Notes: generated from the sequence alone by a model not told the origin. Numbered from the stretch's first letter, positions 49,847 through 64,000 are shown. The stretch: DNA of 64,000 nt from Lingula anatina (GCA_051362555.1 CM120647.1:16716651-16780650), one strand, 5' to 3'. Numbers and translations: made by a program.

Positions 49847-51583
49847 AGTTATTGGAATAATTTCAATGATGACGTTATGGGTTATATGTAAAGCCAATGC
49901 AGGGATGTTGTTTTTTAGAACGTTAATAGTTTTTGTTGTATCTGCATTAAATTCCTTCTTCCGCTATATATGGCCTGCTATTGCCCATGACACTCAAATC
50001 AGCACAGCTTGTACGAGCTTTGACACAAAGAAATGATCTTTTTCAAATCTCCTGGGTAAGGCGGGGCTACATACTGTATAGTGACGCTGGCATTTATTTG
50101 ACGAAAATGATTTTATCGTCTATTTTGCAAAATTGAATCATCTATTCCTTCACTTACTGGTTGAAAAAAGTGAGTTGCCTTTATGTACTACCTATGAAAC
50201 CGCTATTTGGGGATTAAACACAGTGTAATGCTATGTGATTAACAATTCTCTGTTATGAGAATCTCATTATGTAGCGAATATTTCTGGCACTGGATAGTTT
50301 TGTATTTGTTAAAACGTATTTATCTACCGCGCATGTGAATGAAAAAAAAAGACGAATCGAGGCACCGACCTGAATTTGCTGGTCCCTGGGAAGTCCAAAC
50401 ATTATTTTCTTCTGTTCTTCGCTACTGATGCTTCGAAGGAAGCCAAAAAAAAAAAAAAAAAAATGAAAAAAAAGTAGAACACATATAATCGACTGCTTTC
50501 ATGGCCACGTGTAGTGTCAGCGAAAATATATCTTCTACACACACACACAGGGAAAAAGGACGTGACAAAAGTACTTTGTACAGGTCATCGGTCATTTTGC
50601 AAAAGAAAAAAGTTTTCATGTACAGTGTCAACGAAAGGTGTATCATACCATTACTAACAAAATAATCTGGATATGAAAACCGCTAGTGCAAGAATGTATT
50701 TTACAGGCGGTTATACAGTGTTCCCCAGGAGGATTCTAGAGCTCAAGTCGTAAAATATATATAAACAAAAATACAGCAGTTTGACAAGATCAAGATTACC
50801 ACCAATGATGAAATTTGAAATATTGATCATGACTAATATGCCACGACTGCAAACACTTCTTGAAGGTTCTTTTTTACTAAACGGCTTCACCAGTCGTGTA
50901 CTTTGAAGATTTGTTATGCACGCCTAGATTTGAAAAAAAAAAAAAAAAATACTTACGTTTCAATAAAGAAAGATAAACTGTGAATTTCGTTTTGAGTTTT
51001 GTTTTGTTTTTGTGACAATAACTTGTTACCTTACACACATCTCAAAAAGTTTGTTTTTATAACATTTTAGTTTTAACCTAAGGCGCTATGGGCGATAGCA
51101 ACATGTACAAGAAAGAGGAACTTTATTGAATTTTAATGAAAACTTTTTTGATTCATAACAATGTTAAAGTTGGTGACATTTCTATCCACAATAAAACCAG
51201 GGGCGGATGGAGGCCGACTTCTGGTTCTAACGTAACATCCTCATTTGACATCACAGTAGGTTTGTTCAATCACCAACGTACCAGTATTATCCGTCTCGCA
51301 TTTGACCGATTATTGCCAGATTCCCTAGTTGATTACCTCATGTTTTATGTCAAATAAGGGACGAAGCGTCATGGTAGCCAATCACGTGCTCACACGTCAT
51401 CAGGCCCCCAAAAGTAGGTGGAGCAAAGGTAATGCGTGTAGAAAACCCTGCAGTTCTTTACGCTAATGACAGTGCATTTCTACATGCACCAGTTGCCCCT
51501 GTATGGACTGCACTCATGTATATACCGATGTTCGGTTGCCGCAATATTATCCTTTAGTACTAGGGAAGATATAGGAAATGTTG

Positions 51584-51632
51584 TCTCTCTCTCTCTCTCT
51601 CTCTGCCTTTCTTTCTCACAGCTCTCTCGTTT

Positions 51633-51681
<49 letters not shown>

Positions 51682-51720
51682 ATGTGTGTGAGAGAGAGAG
51701 GGGAAAAAGAGAGAGAAAGA
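51584..51720. repeat. Compound (CT)n-(TG)n-(AG)n microsatellite; paralog at ~59875-60017
   Basis: Read directly. Confidence 0.95.
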
Positions 51721-51984
51721 GTTCTACCTTTCCTTTTATTTCCAGGTAGAAAAGATTAACCTAAAAAGAACTAAGACAATTTAAGCGTTAGAATTTGCTT
51801 AATAAACCATTATAAAGTCTCTTTACAACAAGACCTCACCTGGGATTGGGATTGTGAAAGATGTGACAAACTTTATATCCATACTCATTCCCTTATATTT
51901 CACTTCAGTCAAATAACTATTTACATAAAATATTCAAATACTATTGGGCTGAAACACGTCCAAGTTTTGGAGGCTACAATTTAC

Positions 51985-52018
<34 letters not shown>

Positions 52019-53655
52019 GAGAGGGAGGGGGTAGTGAGACATCATTTTAACTTACAGACACACAAAATGTACATGTCATTAAATGAAAAATCTGTGTGTG
52101 ACTAAGTTGTTGCCTTTGTGTTTTGTCGTTAGTAAATACGACACCGTTATAATCTTTCATATTATTTATTAACTACATCGTAGTTGTTTCCCGCGCCGCT
52201 TTGTTTCCAGTTCTATCTCTATATCTTATGCTATCTCTAGCGGCCTTCTCCTTCGTTTACATGTCAATCAACTCAGTTCCTCTTCAAGACGCTCCTCGCT
52301 CCTTATTCACTCATGGCTCTCAATCACTAAGGTTACTTGTGATATGTTTTGTTTATAACATATTTCCTCTTTTTTTTGAAAAGATACAAATTATTACCAA
52401 AGCACACATAGTGGTTGCAAAACGTAACGACAACCTGATCCCGCACCTTTCGAATGAAACATGCACTATATATCTACTTCATCTTACCTGAATATTTAAA
52501 TGTATGAATGGCTTTTAATTATTCATTTACTCTGGTACAACAGATGCCAAAGGCAGATCTAGTAGACTGTGTTTTGGGGAAAAGCAGGTTATAAAGCCCG
52601 CAAAAGTTCATATAATACGAAATGTGTTCGTCATATTAAGATAATCAAGCTTGCGTGTATATGAACTGGTTTTACGGAAACAATTAAGCAATAATGAACT
52701 GGACTTCTCAGCACTGCCATGTGTAGCGAACTTGCACATGATTTTCTCTCCCGATGTCCTCTAAATTTAGGAAAGAATAAATTAAACTTGTACACAAAAA
52801 GGCAATGACATATGACATTTAAACTTGCCGTACCTAAACGCGACCCACAGATTCCACTACTCGATTTCTCACCACTGACCATTGTATCGCACATGTATAG
52901 AGAAAAGCCAAGCACACCGAATGATCGTCATACTTTTATTGGTTACAAGCCGTCTTCTACATATTCTGAATTCCCCAACCTCGCAACTCCATCACCTTAA
53001 TTCTCTAACGTAAAATTTCACACAATCCTCTTATATACAGGTTAATAGGTATTTGTCGCGCTATTTGGCCGTACATACAATGTCGTTAATCGCTCTAAAT
53101 AACATTGTTAATTACTTTTAATGAGAATTACACAAAGGAGCCAAAATGGGCTACATTGTATTCCATTTTAAAGATTACCTTTCTGGGCACAGAAACAGAG
53201 TTTTTTTTTGTATGACTGCGCATGCTCCAAGCTCCAATCTCACCCGCATCATATATTAAATCAAACGACCACCAAAATTATTCATTGGAAGATCACAGTG
53301 ACGGTAAGATTGCCATTTCTTTCTGTTAAACCATCATCTTGTTATGTCTTTTTTTAATATAACTGAAGTGCGTTGTGTATTATAACTATGCCTGTATTAA
53401 ACAAGTATGGTTAACATATTTTTATAGCAACATGCGCGTTGCCGTTGTGGAGGTAATGAAATGGTGGAATGTTTTTACCTGTTTCATTTAGCTGTATATT
53501 TTTTAACATTTATGTTATAATGTAAGTTGTCAGAAATTTAGAGACGGTAATTCATACATGTACTTGTATACCTCCGTCTTTGGATACAAAACTCATCGTG
53601 CATTTATTTTGAATGGAAAAGGTCTCATGGTACATTGCGTCACGTGACTACCTTA

Positions 53656-54549
53656 AGCCTCGGTCACAACCGGCCGTACGGGCTCTAACGGGCTATTTGC
53701 GTCCAAATTTTGTGCAGAATCTCACGTCCCACGCAAGTCATTCTTACGCAATTTCGAGTTCGCAGACAGCCCGTAAGCACGTACGGAGGATGTTGGACAT
53801 GTCCAAAAGATTCTACGAATAGCCAGCGAGGCCGCAAGCGTAACTTGAGTTAACAAGAGAGACGCGCGTTGTTGCAAGACGCATGTCGCAAACTATGAGG
53901 GAGCAAGTGCCCTTTGCGTGTTGAATAAGGCGTACGACCTCACAACTAACGAACAAAGTCGAGAGCAAACCGGGAATGCGTCGCACGTGCGTCACCCCCA
54001 CGCCTGGCGTATAAAAGGCGTGCTCACGACGCACGCTCGTGTGTTTACAATGAACGTCGACTGTGTAACGTGTATAACAATTTTCAAAATTTTCAAATTT
54101 TTGCTCAATTTAGTTTCTGATATGCCTCCAAAAGGCAAGAGAAAGAAGCTTACATAGTAGAAAAAAGGGAGGAGGGAGAAGAAAGAAGAGGAGAACAGGA
54201 AGCAAAACTGACGTACGCCGTCAATACTTCACCACAAACATGTGAGGCAAGTGTGAAGCAAAACTGACGCAGTAGGGCACTGCTTTCTCCGTGCGTTGCA
54301 TTCCCTCCGTAAGTGGTGAGTGTGTGCCACGTACACAGGAAGCAAGACAAACTCAAGAAATGAGTACAATTTCCACGGCCATCGCACCTTGCAGTTAGCG
54401 TCCCTGCTTGAAAGGACATCTCACGTGGCCCTTGCCACTCGCAAGGCAGACTTTACTCTACCTCAACGACCTCCAAGGCCTCCGCAACACCCAAAAATCG
54501 GAGGAGACGTACGATCCTGAAATTCGCGCGTCCGGTTGTGACCGAGGCT
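53656..54549. mobile_element. ~0.9 kb non-autonomous TIR element, PIF/Harbinger-like
   Basis: 18-bp TIR agcctcggtcacaaccgg / ccggttgtgaccgaggct with flanks tta/tca. The empty site gactactgtaatgcaaa at ~41454 implies a 3-bp duplication. GC-richer than its surroundings. Confidence 0.78.
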
Positions 54550-56597
54550 TCAATGCAAATGAGGATGATATCTTTATAAAATAGGCCAAGCTAGTGTAGT
54601 TGCCTCTGTATATCAATAATAGTCGAAAAAAGAATGAGAAGGACATCAAATAGCTACACGGTGCATCAGGAAGTTCTGAGTTTTCCTGCAAATGCTGTTA
54701 TGAACACTGCAAATAACAACCTCAATGAATTTAGGAAAGCTGAAATTAAATAACTGAACTAAAGGTGTATATGAAAGGCAAAGTCCATGGGATTTCCCCG
54801 CCAAATTGAATTTTCCTGGGGTAAAGGCACTTTTCCCCAACCCAAAAATAGTTGTTTGGCACTTAGATTTGATGTTTTATTTCATTTTAATTGATAATTT
54901 AGTTTATAGTTACTGACTAGGCATTATGACGACATCTACCATCACGCACTTTGCCTCGTTTTTACAAAAGAAAATGGCGGGGTATTTTGTATTTGGGCCC
55001 TGAGCCGTGTATAATACTGCTCGGAACGTTCCTAGTTAGACAATCTCAGATGCTTTTATTTTCATTTTGTTTTGTTTTGCACTGAGATAACGTTTGGTTT
55101 CACCTTTGGCGTTATGTAGCAAGATGAGGTCCACAGCCGTTCACACTTCGGCGGTGTTAGTATTGAGTAGTCTTTACTCTTTCAAATGTCGACTGCAGAC
55201 TTGCCCCGGGTATTGTATGAACATATGAACAGTCCTGAGGAGCAAGGGAAGATAGGAAAGGGGGTGCATGAAACGAAAAAAAATTGTGCCCGTTTTATTA
55301 TTGTGGACTTTTTCCCAATGCAGATATTAGCCATCTATCTAACTAGAGACATAACTGTTAATGTCCAGTGAAAAATCATTCTGTGGCCCTGGTAGAGGGT
55401 AGACAATTCCCATGTCAGCAGCAATATAAGGACTTTTAACTGAAGAGAAAGGAAATATCATTAACGACGCAGACTTTATGCTAATGACGTTTTAAATCGA
55501 TCACTTTATGTAAACTTTCTAAAATATACCATATTTTAATGCAAAAGGTATTTTGCTAAAACCCACGAGAGCCCACATTCGTTCTCGTGACATCCTGATT
55601 CAGGGGCCCGGTCGTTATTTTGCGTTACCAAGGTTGATGACGCTTTGGATGCCCAACTTGCATCCATGCACGCTACCGACTGCTCCGTGACTGACCAGCC
55701 CACCCTCCGTACGTGCGAGTTTCCTCTTATAGTAACCAATCGGAATTTTTAAAAAATAATTCTTCCAGAAAATTGACAAAATATTTGCTGGGCCTCGAAC
55801 CAGCGTACGAATGTCTGCCTTTATCTAAAACAGTAAAGTTACCACGCAGCCACTGCAGCTTGGTTGGTAATTTATAACCTTGTCACTGGGAAGGCCAGAT
55901 TGGATGTACATGTATATATATCTGTTATCCCAATCAATAATCCAGGTGCCGTATTTCATCCCACGCATCCACAGTCCCCGGCCATGGTTTATGATGAACG
56001 GAAAAGTGAAGCAGTGTTTCATATGCTACGCAATTCATCATGTCTTGGTCAGGGCAAAAGGGATAACAACTGTTCATTTTGGCAAAAAAAAGAAAAATAA
56101 GCAATCTTCCTGGGGTAAAGGACAATTTTCCCATACTTCCAAATGGTAATTGAATCCATTCCCACATTCAAAGTTCTTCCCTGTTTTTTTTTTTCTAAAA
56201 AGTTTTTTATATTCTCTAAAGAGATTATTACAGAGTGTAGCCATCTATGGAGGTCACGTGATGTGATGGCAAGCACAAATTCTAGAATAATTGCGTGAAC
56301 TCCGGTTTTGGTGGCAAAATATAATTTATTATATATTAATGAGTTGTTTACAGTCCACTAATTGTGAAATATAGATACTATACGAACAGTTGTTATCCCT
56401 TTAAGTCGATACAGATATTATGTCGGGCAGGGCAAGGCATCAAGCAACAAAATCTAGTCCCAAAAGAGGTGACACCGGACATGTTTCCCATGCGCTCAGG
56501 TTATAGACTATGTATGCTTACTAGTATTCCGTCTTCCTTTTATTTCAAGGTTACGAAGGTTACCTGAAAATAGAACAAAAACAACTGAATCATAAGA

Positions 56598-57676
56598 ATG
56601 CGTTGTCGGTGGGTTCTCCTGATTGTGGTAGGTGTGCTGTGGATTCTGATCAACGTGTTGATAGGTGTGAAGAAAAAAATATTAGATAAAGGTATGACTA
56701 CTCTAGCCACTGTGAATAATAGCAATAACAACAACAGCAATTATAATGATGGTGTCTAATACAAATGTCAATTTACTCATGGCTACAATGTACATGGTAA
56801 CTTAGGCAAATGTAATAATCTATTAACAGGAAACAGTTCGTGCATATAAAGTTTTCTATGTGGATTTTTTCAGACTTGCAGACAGAGACAAAGCCTAAAG
56901 GACCTGTTGCAAGGGGTAAACTTATTGAAATCAACAACTTTACAATCGTCACAGGCGCGGATCACAAGTATTTTTCCCCGGCTCTCGTTAACCACGTCGG
57001 GTCATTCTGTTTCTGGGAACCAACTCTCAAAATCGTGGTGTGGGACCTCGGTTTGACCGCCAAAGAGGCGGAGACTGTGAAAAGCTGGTCCAGCGTGACG
57101 TATAGGAGGTTCCCCTTTGAAAGGTACCCCCCTCACTTTCGCAACCTGAAAAAGTACGCCTTCAAACCGGTCATTATTAAACAAATGGTCGATGAACTCG
57201 GGGCAGTGCTTTGGGTGGACGCCGGCAGCCACATTAGTGGAAGAATGAAAGAAATTATGACTTCTGTCTTTCAAAATGATGGTTATATTTATGCTGGCGT
57301 ATGGGGAAATGGTGAAGTGACAAAATGGACACATCACGGAATGTTTGCATATTTCAATATTACCAAAGAACCCTATGTTGGAAAACAGTCGATCACTGGA
57401 AATTTAAACGGCTGGCTTAGACAAGGGGATATCTATGAGGAAATACTGATTCCATGGGCAAATTGCGCGTTACACGAAAATTGTATCTCTCCCGTTGGAT
57501 CAAGTTTGCAAAACCATAGATACGATCAAGCAGCCCTTTCGTTGTTGGGATACAGTTACATGTTTAGACATAATAAAACCTTACATCTTCGTACATATTT
57601 ATTGGACATAGTTTTGGAATCGAGAGGAAGGAATCGCACCTATATCAATTATGCACACGGATGTTATCTTACGTGA
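56598..57676 (+). CDS. DUF1647-like putative glycosyltransferase, copy 2, 298 aa (exons 56598-56691, 56874-57676)
   Basis: N-terminal TM anchor and a phase-1 GT-AG intron. Motifs VTGADHKYF, VWDLGL, FPFERYPPH, YAFKP, LWVDAG and HRYDQAALS are recognised as DUF1647-type. Confidence 0.85.
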
Positions 57677-58743
57677 AAGACATAAGTATGGCAACATATA
57701 ATTCTTCTAGTGAAACGAAAAAAATCTGTATTTTCCTGTTTGTTTTTTTCCTTTATGTTTTATTAATTACGGATTTTTTCCCTCAATCGAATTTTTTGTT
57801 AGCTTCAGTTCATTTGATTGACACAATTCTGTTAAGGGCAAGTGTCAGGGGTATGTCACTCCAATATCATCGGGTGTGCCACTGAAGCAAAAATTCCTAT
57901 GGGGTCACAGTGACCATGTGTAAAGTTAAATCAGTTACATCAAATGGAGTAGGGGATGGCGTGACTCCATTGGAGTCAACTTGACTACAATTGGGAGTTT
58001 TTTAATAACATTTTTAAAACATTAGATAACATAACTGGGTCAACATAATCATTCTTGTGGGAACATAAAAAATGATAATTTTATATGACATAATATTGGT
58101 GATATCAATTTTTAAGCAATTCTTTAAGGCGGATACACGTGGAGAAGTTCCATTTTGCAAATGTATCGCCTTTAAATTATTTTTGGTATGCTACGCTAGA
58201 CATTTATTGAGGGCCAATTTTCAATATTCATTAATATAATATAATATAATATAATATAATATAATATAATATAATATAATTTTTGGAATAATTTTAATGA
58301 AGGTGTTATGGGTTATATGTAAAGCCAATGCAGGCATGTTGTTTTTAAGAACGTTGATAATTTTTGTTGTGTCTGCATTAATTTCCTTCTTTCACTATAT
58401 ATGGCCTGCTATTGCCCACGACACTCAATCAGCATAGCTTGTACGAGCCTTGACACAAAGGAATGGTCTTTTTCAAATCTCCTGGGTAAGGCGGGGCTAC
58501 ATATAGTGACGCTGGCATTTATTTGAAGAAAATGCTTTTATCGTCTATTTTGAAAAATTGAATAATCTATTTCTTCACTTACTGGGTGAATAAAGTGAGT
58601 TGTCTTTACTACCTATGAAACTTTTAAAACGTATTTATCTACCGCGCATGCGAATAAAGAAAGATGAATCGAGGCACCGACCTGAATTTGGTGAAGTCAA
58701 AAAATTATTTTCTTTTGTTCTACGCTACTTATGGTTCGAAGGA

Positions 58744-58797
<54 letters not shown>

Positions 58798-59918
58798 ACA
58801 GATATAATCGACTGCTTTCATGGCCACGTGTAGTGTCAGCGAAAAATATCTTCTACACACACAGGGAAAAAAGCACGTGACAAAAGTACAGGTCATCGAT
58901 CATTTTGCAAAAGAAAAAAGTTTTCATGTACAGTGTCAACAAAAGGTGTATCATACCATTACTAACAAATGAAAACCGTTAGTGCAAGAATGTATTTTAC
59001 AGGCGGTTATACAGTGTTCCCCAGGAGGATTCTAGAGCTCAAGTCGTAAAATATATATAAACAAAAATACAGCAGTTTGACAAGATCAAGATTACCACCA
59101 ATGATGAAATTTGAAATATTGATCATGACTAATATGCCACGCCTGCAAACACTTCTTGAAGGATCTTTTTTACTAAACGGCTTCACCAGTCGTGTACTTT
59201 GAATATTTGTTATGCACGCCTAGATTTGAAAAAAAAAAATGGTTACGTTTCAATAAAGAAAGATCAACTGTGAATTTCGTTTTGAGTTTTGTTTTGTTTT
59301 TAATGTGATAATAACTTGTTACCTTACACACATCTCAAAAAGTTTGTTCTTATAACATTTTAGTTTTAACCTAAGGTGCTATGGGCGATAGCAACATGTA
59401 CAAGAAAGTATAACTTTATTGAATTTTAATGAAAACTTTTTGATTCGAAACAATGTAAAAGTTGGTGACATTTTTATTCACAATAAATCTAGGGTCGGAT
59501 GGAGGCCGCCTTCTGGGTCTAACGTAATGTTCTCTTTTGACAGCACAGTAGGTTTGTTCAATCACCAACGTACCAGTATTATCCGTCTCACATATGACAG
59601 ATTATTGCCAGATTCCCTAGTTGATTACCTCACGTTTTATGTCAAATAAGGGACGAAGCGTCGCGGTAGCCAATCACGTGCTCACACGTCATCAGTCCCC
59701 CAAAAGTAGGTTGAGCGAAGGTAATGCATGTAGAAAACCCTGCAGTTCTTTACGCTAATGACAGTGCATTTCTACATGCACCAGTTGCCCCTGTATGGAC
59801 TGCACTGATGTATATACCGAGGTTCAGGTGCCGCAGGATTATCATTTAGTACTAGGGAAGATATAGAAAATGTTGTCTCTCTCTCTCTCTGCCTTTCTTT
59901 CTCACAACTCTCTCGTTT

Positions 59919-59983
<65 letters not shown>

Positions 59984-62693
59984 TAGAGAGAGAGAGAGGA
60001 AAAAGAGAGAGAAAGAGTTCTATTTTTCTTTTTATTTCCAGGTAGAAAAGATTAACCTAAAAAGAACAAAGACAATTTAAGTGTTAGAATTTGCTTAATA
60101 AACCAATATACAGTCCCTTTACAACAATACCTCACCTGGGATTGGGATTGTGAAAGATGTGACAACCTTTATATCCATACTCATTCCCTTATATTCCACT
60201 CCAGTCAAATATTTACATAAAATATTAAAATACTATTGGGCTGAAACACATCCAAGTTTTGAATACTCCAATTTACAACATACACACACACACACACACA
60301 CAAAGAGAGAAATGGGGTAGTGAGACATCATTTTAACTTACAGACACACAAAATGTACATGTCATTAAATGAAAAATCTGTGTGTGACTAAGTTGTTGCC
60401 TTTATATTCTGTCGTTAGTAAATACGACACCGTTATAATCTTTCATATTATTTATTCCCAGTTGTTTCCCTCGCCGCTTTGTTTCCAGTTCTATCTCTAC
60501 CTTATTCTATCTCTAGCGGCCTTCTCCTTCGTTTACATGTCAATCAACTCAGTTCCTCTACAAGACACTCCTCGCTCCTTATTCACTCATGGCTGTCAAT
60601 CACTAATGTTGCATGGGATAGGGCTTTGTTTATAACATATTTCTTCTTTTTCGAAAAGATACAAATTATTACCAAAGAACACATAGTGATTACAAAATGT
60701 AGCGACAACCTGATCCCCGAACCTTTCGAATGGAACATGTACTATATATCAATTTCATCTTACTTGAATATTTAAATGTATGAACGGCTTTTCATTATGT
60801 AAATCCGATACGACAGATGCCAAGGGTGTGTTTTGGGGGTGCCAATCATACAACCCGCATATTATGTAAGTCTGATGTGTTCACTGTATTAAGATAATAA
60901 AACATACATGAATATATAGACTGGTTTCACAGTAAGAATTAAGTAATAGGGAACGGGTCTTCTCAACACTGCCATGTGTGCCGCACTTGTATATGAAATT
61001 CCCTCTTAAGAGAAAAAAAAAACAAGTTAAGCTAGGCTACAAAATAGGCAATGACATTAGACACTTTAATCTTGCTGTACCTAAACGCGACCCGATGATT
61101 CCAAGACTTGATCTCTCAGACTTGACAACATTGTATTGCACAGAGAAAAGCAGAGAGCAGAAAGCACAGAGACAAGCACTCCGCAGTAGGTTATTATGTC
61201 GACCGGCCATAATTTCATTGATCACAAACCGTTTCCACATATTCTGAAGTCCCCAATCTCGCAACTCCGTCTTCTCCATCCTCTAATGTAAACTTCTATA
61301 CAGTCTTCTTATAAATAGATTAGTAGGCATTTGTCAAGCTATTTTGTGGAACTCACAGTGTTGTTAATCGCTCTTAATTACCGGGTAGATGGTCAATTAT
61401 TTTTAATTTTAATTCATTTAATCTCTTAAAAGAGATACACATGGGGGCCTCCAGGTGTCGTGAACGATATTAAACCTGACTGCATTATAAAATACTGAAG
61501 ACCTGCCGGACGCGACGCTAAGGCTGGGTCTTTGCACAAATCGTGAATCATCTTCAAGTATGAGCTTTATATTAATATAAGCAAGTTATCCAGAACTATA
61601 TATAATTAAAAATACACCAAAAGATCTTTAGTTGATAGAATGCATTAATATTTTGCTGACTCTTTAGTATTCTTAAGAGGCCGGCTTGTTTATGTTAAAA
61701 AAAAAGAGATGTCTTTTCATATCAATGAAAAAGTGCTATATTATATTTCATTTAAAAGATTACCTTTCTTGGCACAGAAACAGTGTCGTTTTTGCAGGAC
61801 TGCGCATGCCCCAAGCTCCAATCTTACCCGCATCATATTTAAAATCAAACAGCAATCACAAACATACTTGTAATCATTGGAAGATCAAGGTAAGATTGCC
61901 ATATCTTTCTCGTATATCATTATCTTTAACATGTTTTTTCGTAGCAACATGCACACTGCCGTTCTGGAGGTAATTACATGGTGCAATGTTTTTTTTCTGT
62001 TTTCATTTAATTATATAATTTTATCATTTATGTTTTAATGTAATTTGCGAGAAATTTGAAGAAGGAAAAATCATATATGAGGCGTGTATGTATGTAGTTT
62101 TTTTTGATCGACTTTGTCACTGAATATTAAAAAAGGGGTGGGGGTGGGCCTGAAAATACACATACTTTACAATTTAGGTTCCTTACAAAATGTATAGATA
62201 CGGTAAAAATTTAATGTAGATGTAAAATTGAGACAGCCGTAGTTTTTTAGTTCTATTCACCTATACATGTATGTTTTAAAAACGTATACAACTTCGGATT
62301 AATTCAATTTTCCTTTTCGAACATGTTCGAGCTAATTCGAGCATGTGAAATACTCCTCTATATTGGGTTTGGATGTTATGTCAGATTAGTGCTGCTACGA
62401 CCGAGCAAATACCAGCAAATACCAGTAAATATTGATTAGAGATATTGTGTGAAGCAGTGCTGTCTCATATGCGTAGCAATCCATCATGTCTTGGTCATAT
62501 TTAAGTCAACAGAGGTGTTATGTCGGACATGACAAAGTATCAAGCAACAAATCCTAGTCCCAAAAGAGGTGCCACCGGACATTTTTCCATGTACTCAGGT
62601 TATAGGCTATATGCTTACTTGCATTCTGTCTTCCTTTTATTTCAAGGTTACAAAGATTAGCTGAAACGGAACAAAACCAACTGAATCATAAGG

Positions 62694-62787
62694 ATGCGGT
62701 GTCAGTGGGTTCTCCTGATTGTGGTAGGTGTTCTGTGGATTGTGATCAACGGGGTGATAGGTGTGAAGAAAAAGGTATTAGATAAAG
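62694..62787 (+). CDS. Exon 1 (TM anchor) of DUF1647-like copy 3; catalytic exon not in the window
   Basis: MRCQWVLLIVVGVLWIVINGVIGVKKKVLDK followed by g|gtaagc; homologous to 43485 and 56598. Confidence 0.7.
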
Positions 62788-62911
62788 GTAAGCCTACTCT
62801 ACCCATTGCGAATAATAGCAATAACAACAACAAAAACAAAAATAATAATGACGATGATGATAATGCCACCCCCTCCCTCTCTCCCCTATCGCCATGCAGT
62901 GGTGTAATATA

Positions 62912-63850
62912 CAACATTGGTCAAAAAGGTTGTCTCACCCCCATTTCCATGTACTTTTATTTACAAATGATCACCTCACAGATGTAATTTGTTATAAACG
63001 GTGCCTTTTATTCCAGATACCATTTCTAACACGATTAATGGTTTAAACAAATACAAAACAGTGGTGAAAATATGTACATTTATACCATTTAGTCAAATTT
63101 ATAACAGGTACCCCCTCAAATCCAATGTTTCACTGTGATTTCTACAGATGTAAAGAAATGTCTATTAAATTGAAAAGACGCCACCAAATGTCACCAAATT
63201 TACACACAATTAGCATTAGGGTGTACTCATTAAAGGTCACGTGCCTAATAGCGAGTGCGACTACCGTGTACTGCAATTATCTCCTGTAGATAAGCGCGAC
63301 AAGCCTTCAACACGGGTAACCATTCTGTTTGGTGGGATATTGTCCCATTCATATTAAAAAGCGAGACGGAATTGGTCCAGATTAGTTGGGAAATGGTTCT
63401 CCTCTGCAATGATCATTCCAATTAATGCCACAGGTGCTCAATAGGATAAATATTAGGACTCAAAGACTGTTGTTCCATCCTCAGAGCCTTGTGTTTCTGC
63501 AACAAATCGCTTGCCAGACGAGAACTTTGAGCTTGTGCGTTGTCACAATGAAGCCTGCAGCATCCCTGAAGTCATCTCTTGAAAATGTAGTTAGCTATCT
63601 GTTGAGAATGTTACAGTAAAATGCCCAAGTTACGTTTTGTTCCAAAAGGAACAATGTACTAATACCATGGGTTTGGAATGTTCTCCAAATGCGGACTGAT
63701 CTAACACCTCAGGCAATATTATCCTGCACAAACCCTACCAAGAGACATTTTTCAACATGTCTGTGGACCCTCATTTGACCATCAATGGGATACAAGAAAT
63801 AACTTGATTCTGCATCAAAACTGACTTCCTTCCAGTGATGGATTTCTACG
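62912..63850 (-). mobile_element. Decayed Tc1-family transposon (3' part of transposase ~63850-63245 plus terminus)
   Basis: The minus strand reads, with stops and frameshifts, HWKEVSFDAESSYFL, HCDNAQAQSS, SPNIYPIEHLW, EWDNIP, HGSRTRY*, matching Tc1 DD34E motifs. A ta|caacattggtcaaaaag end-like sequence lies at 62910-62928. Confidence 0.82.
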
Positions 63851-64000
63851 TTCAGATGCTTGTGGGATCAATGAACGTAGCATTCTTAGCTGATATCTCA
63901 CTCCATCTTCAAGAACTCAAGGCTTCATCATGACGGCAAACTTGCTCACACTTCTCGCCTGGCAAGTGATTTGTTGTAGAAACACAATGCTTTAAGGATG

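Larger units (their letters stand above)
39870..62870 (+). repeat. Tandem array of ~7.5-8 kb core units, each with a DUF1647-like gene (units start ~39870, ~52360, ~60640)
   Basis: The landmark aagatacaaattattaccaaag recurs at ~39894, ~52381 and ~60656, with colinear spacers, microsatellites and exons. The third unit is more diverged and shorter. Confidence 0.9.

Noticed and set aside
53613-54520. Cluster of short ORFs on both strands
   Set aside because: They lie within the GC-richer non-autonomous element and show no transposase or Myb-like motifs.

Overview
AT-rich animal (probably marine invertebrate) genomic DNA with GT-AG introns, organised as two adjacent tandem gene arrays. (1) Positions ~1-39.7 kb are a mosaic of duplicated units. 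Each unit carries the last one or two exons of a DEG/ENaC (ASIC-like) channel gene, mostly decaying, followed by a two-exon gene for a small secreted 10-cysteine peptide with a Diedel-like CGxxxCN[IV]FGCxCGGGCR motif. There are six spliceable peptide copies plus one orphan exon, and the ORF track misses them because they are split by an intron. (2) Positions ~39.9-64 kb hold three tandem units of a two-exon type II membrane DUF1647-like putative glycosyltransferase gene. The first copy is interrupted by a 4.68 kb Ginger-type DNA transposon (CCGG TSD, TGT..ACA ends). Its 8-exon, 460-aa integrase-like transposase can be reassembled without stops, and its first intron holds a minisatellite built from the element's own subterminal GGA-N7-TCC motif. 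Also present are a nested AcademH-like element with a RecQ-helicase relic, Harbinger-like MITEs, a 4.46 kb TA-flanked element and a decayed Tc1. All gene models were spliced and translated by eye, and family names come from motif recognition, not database searches.
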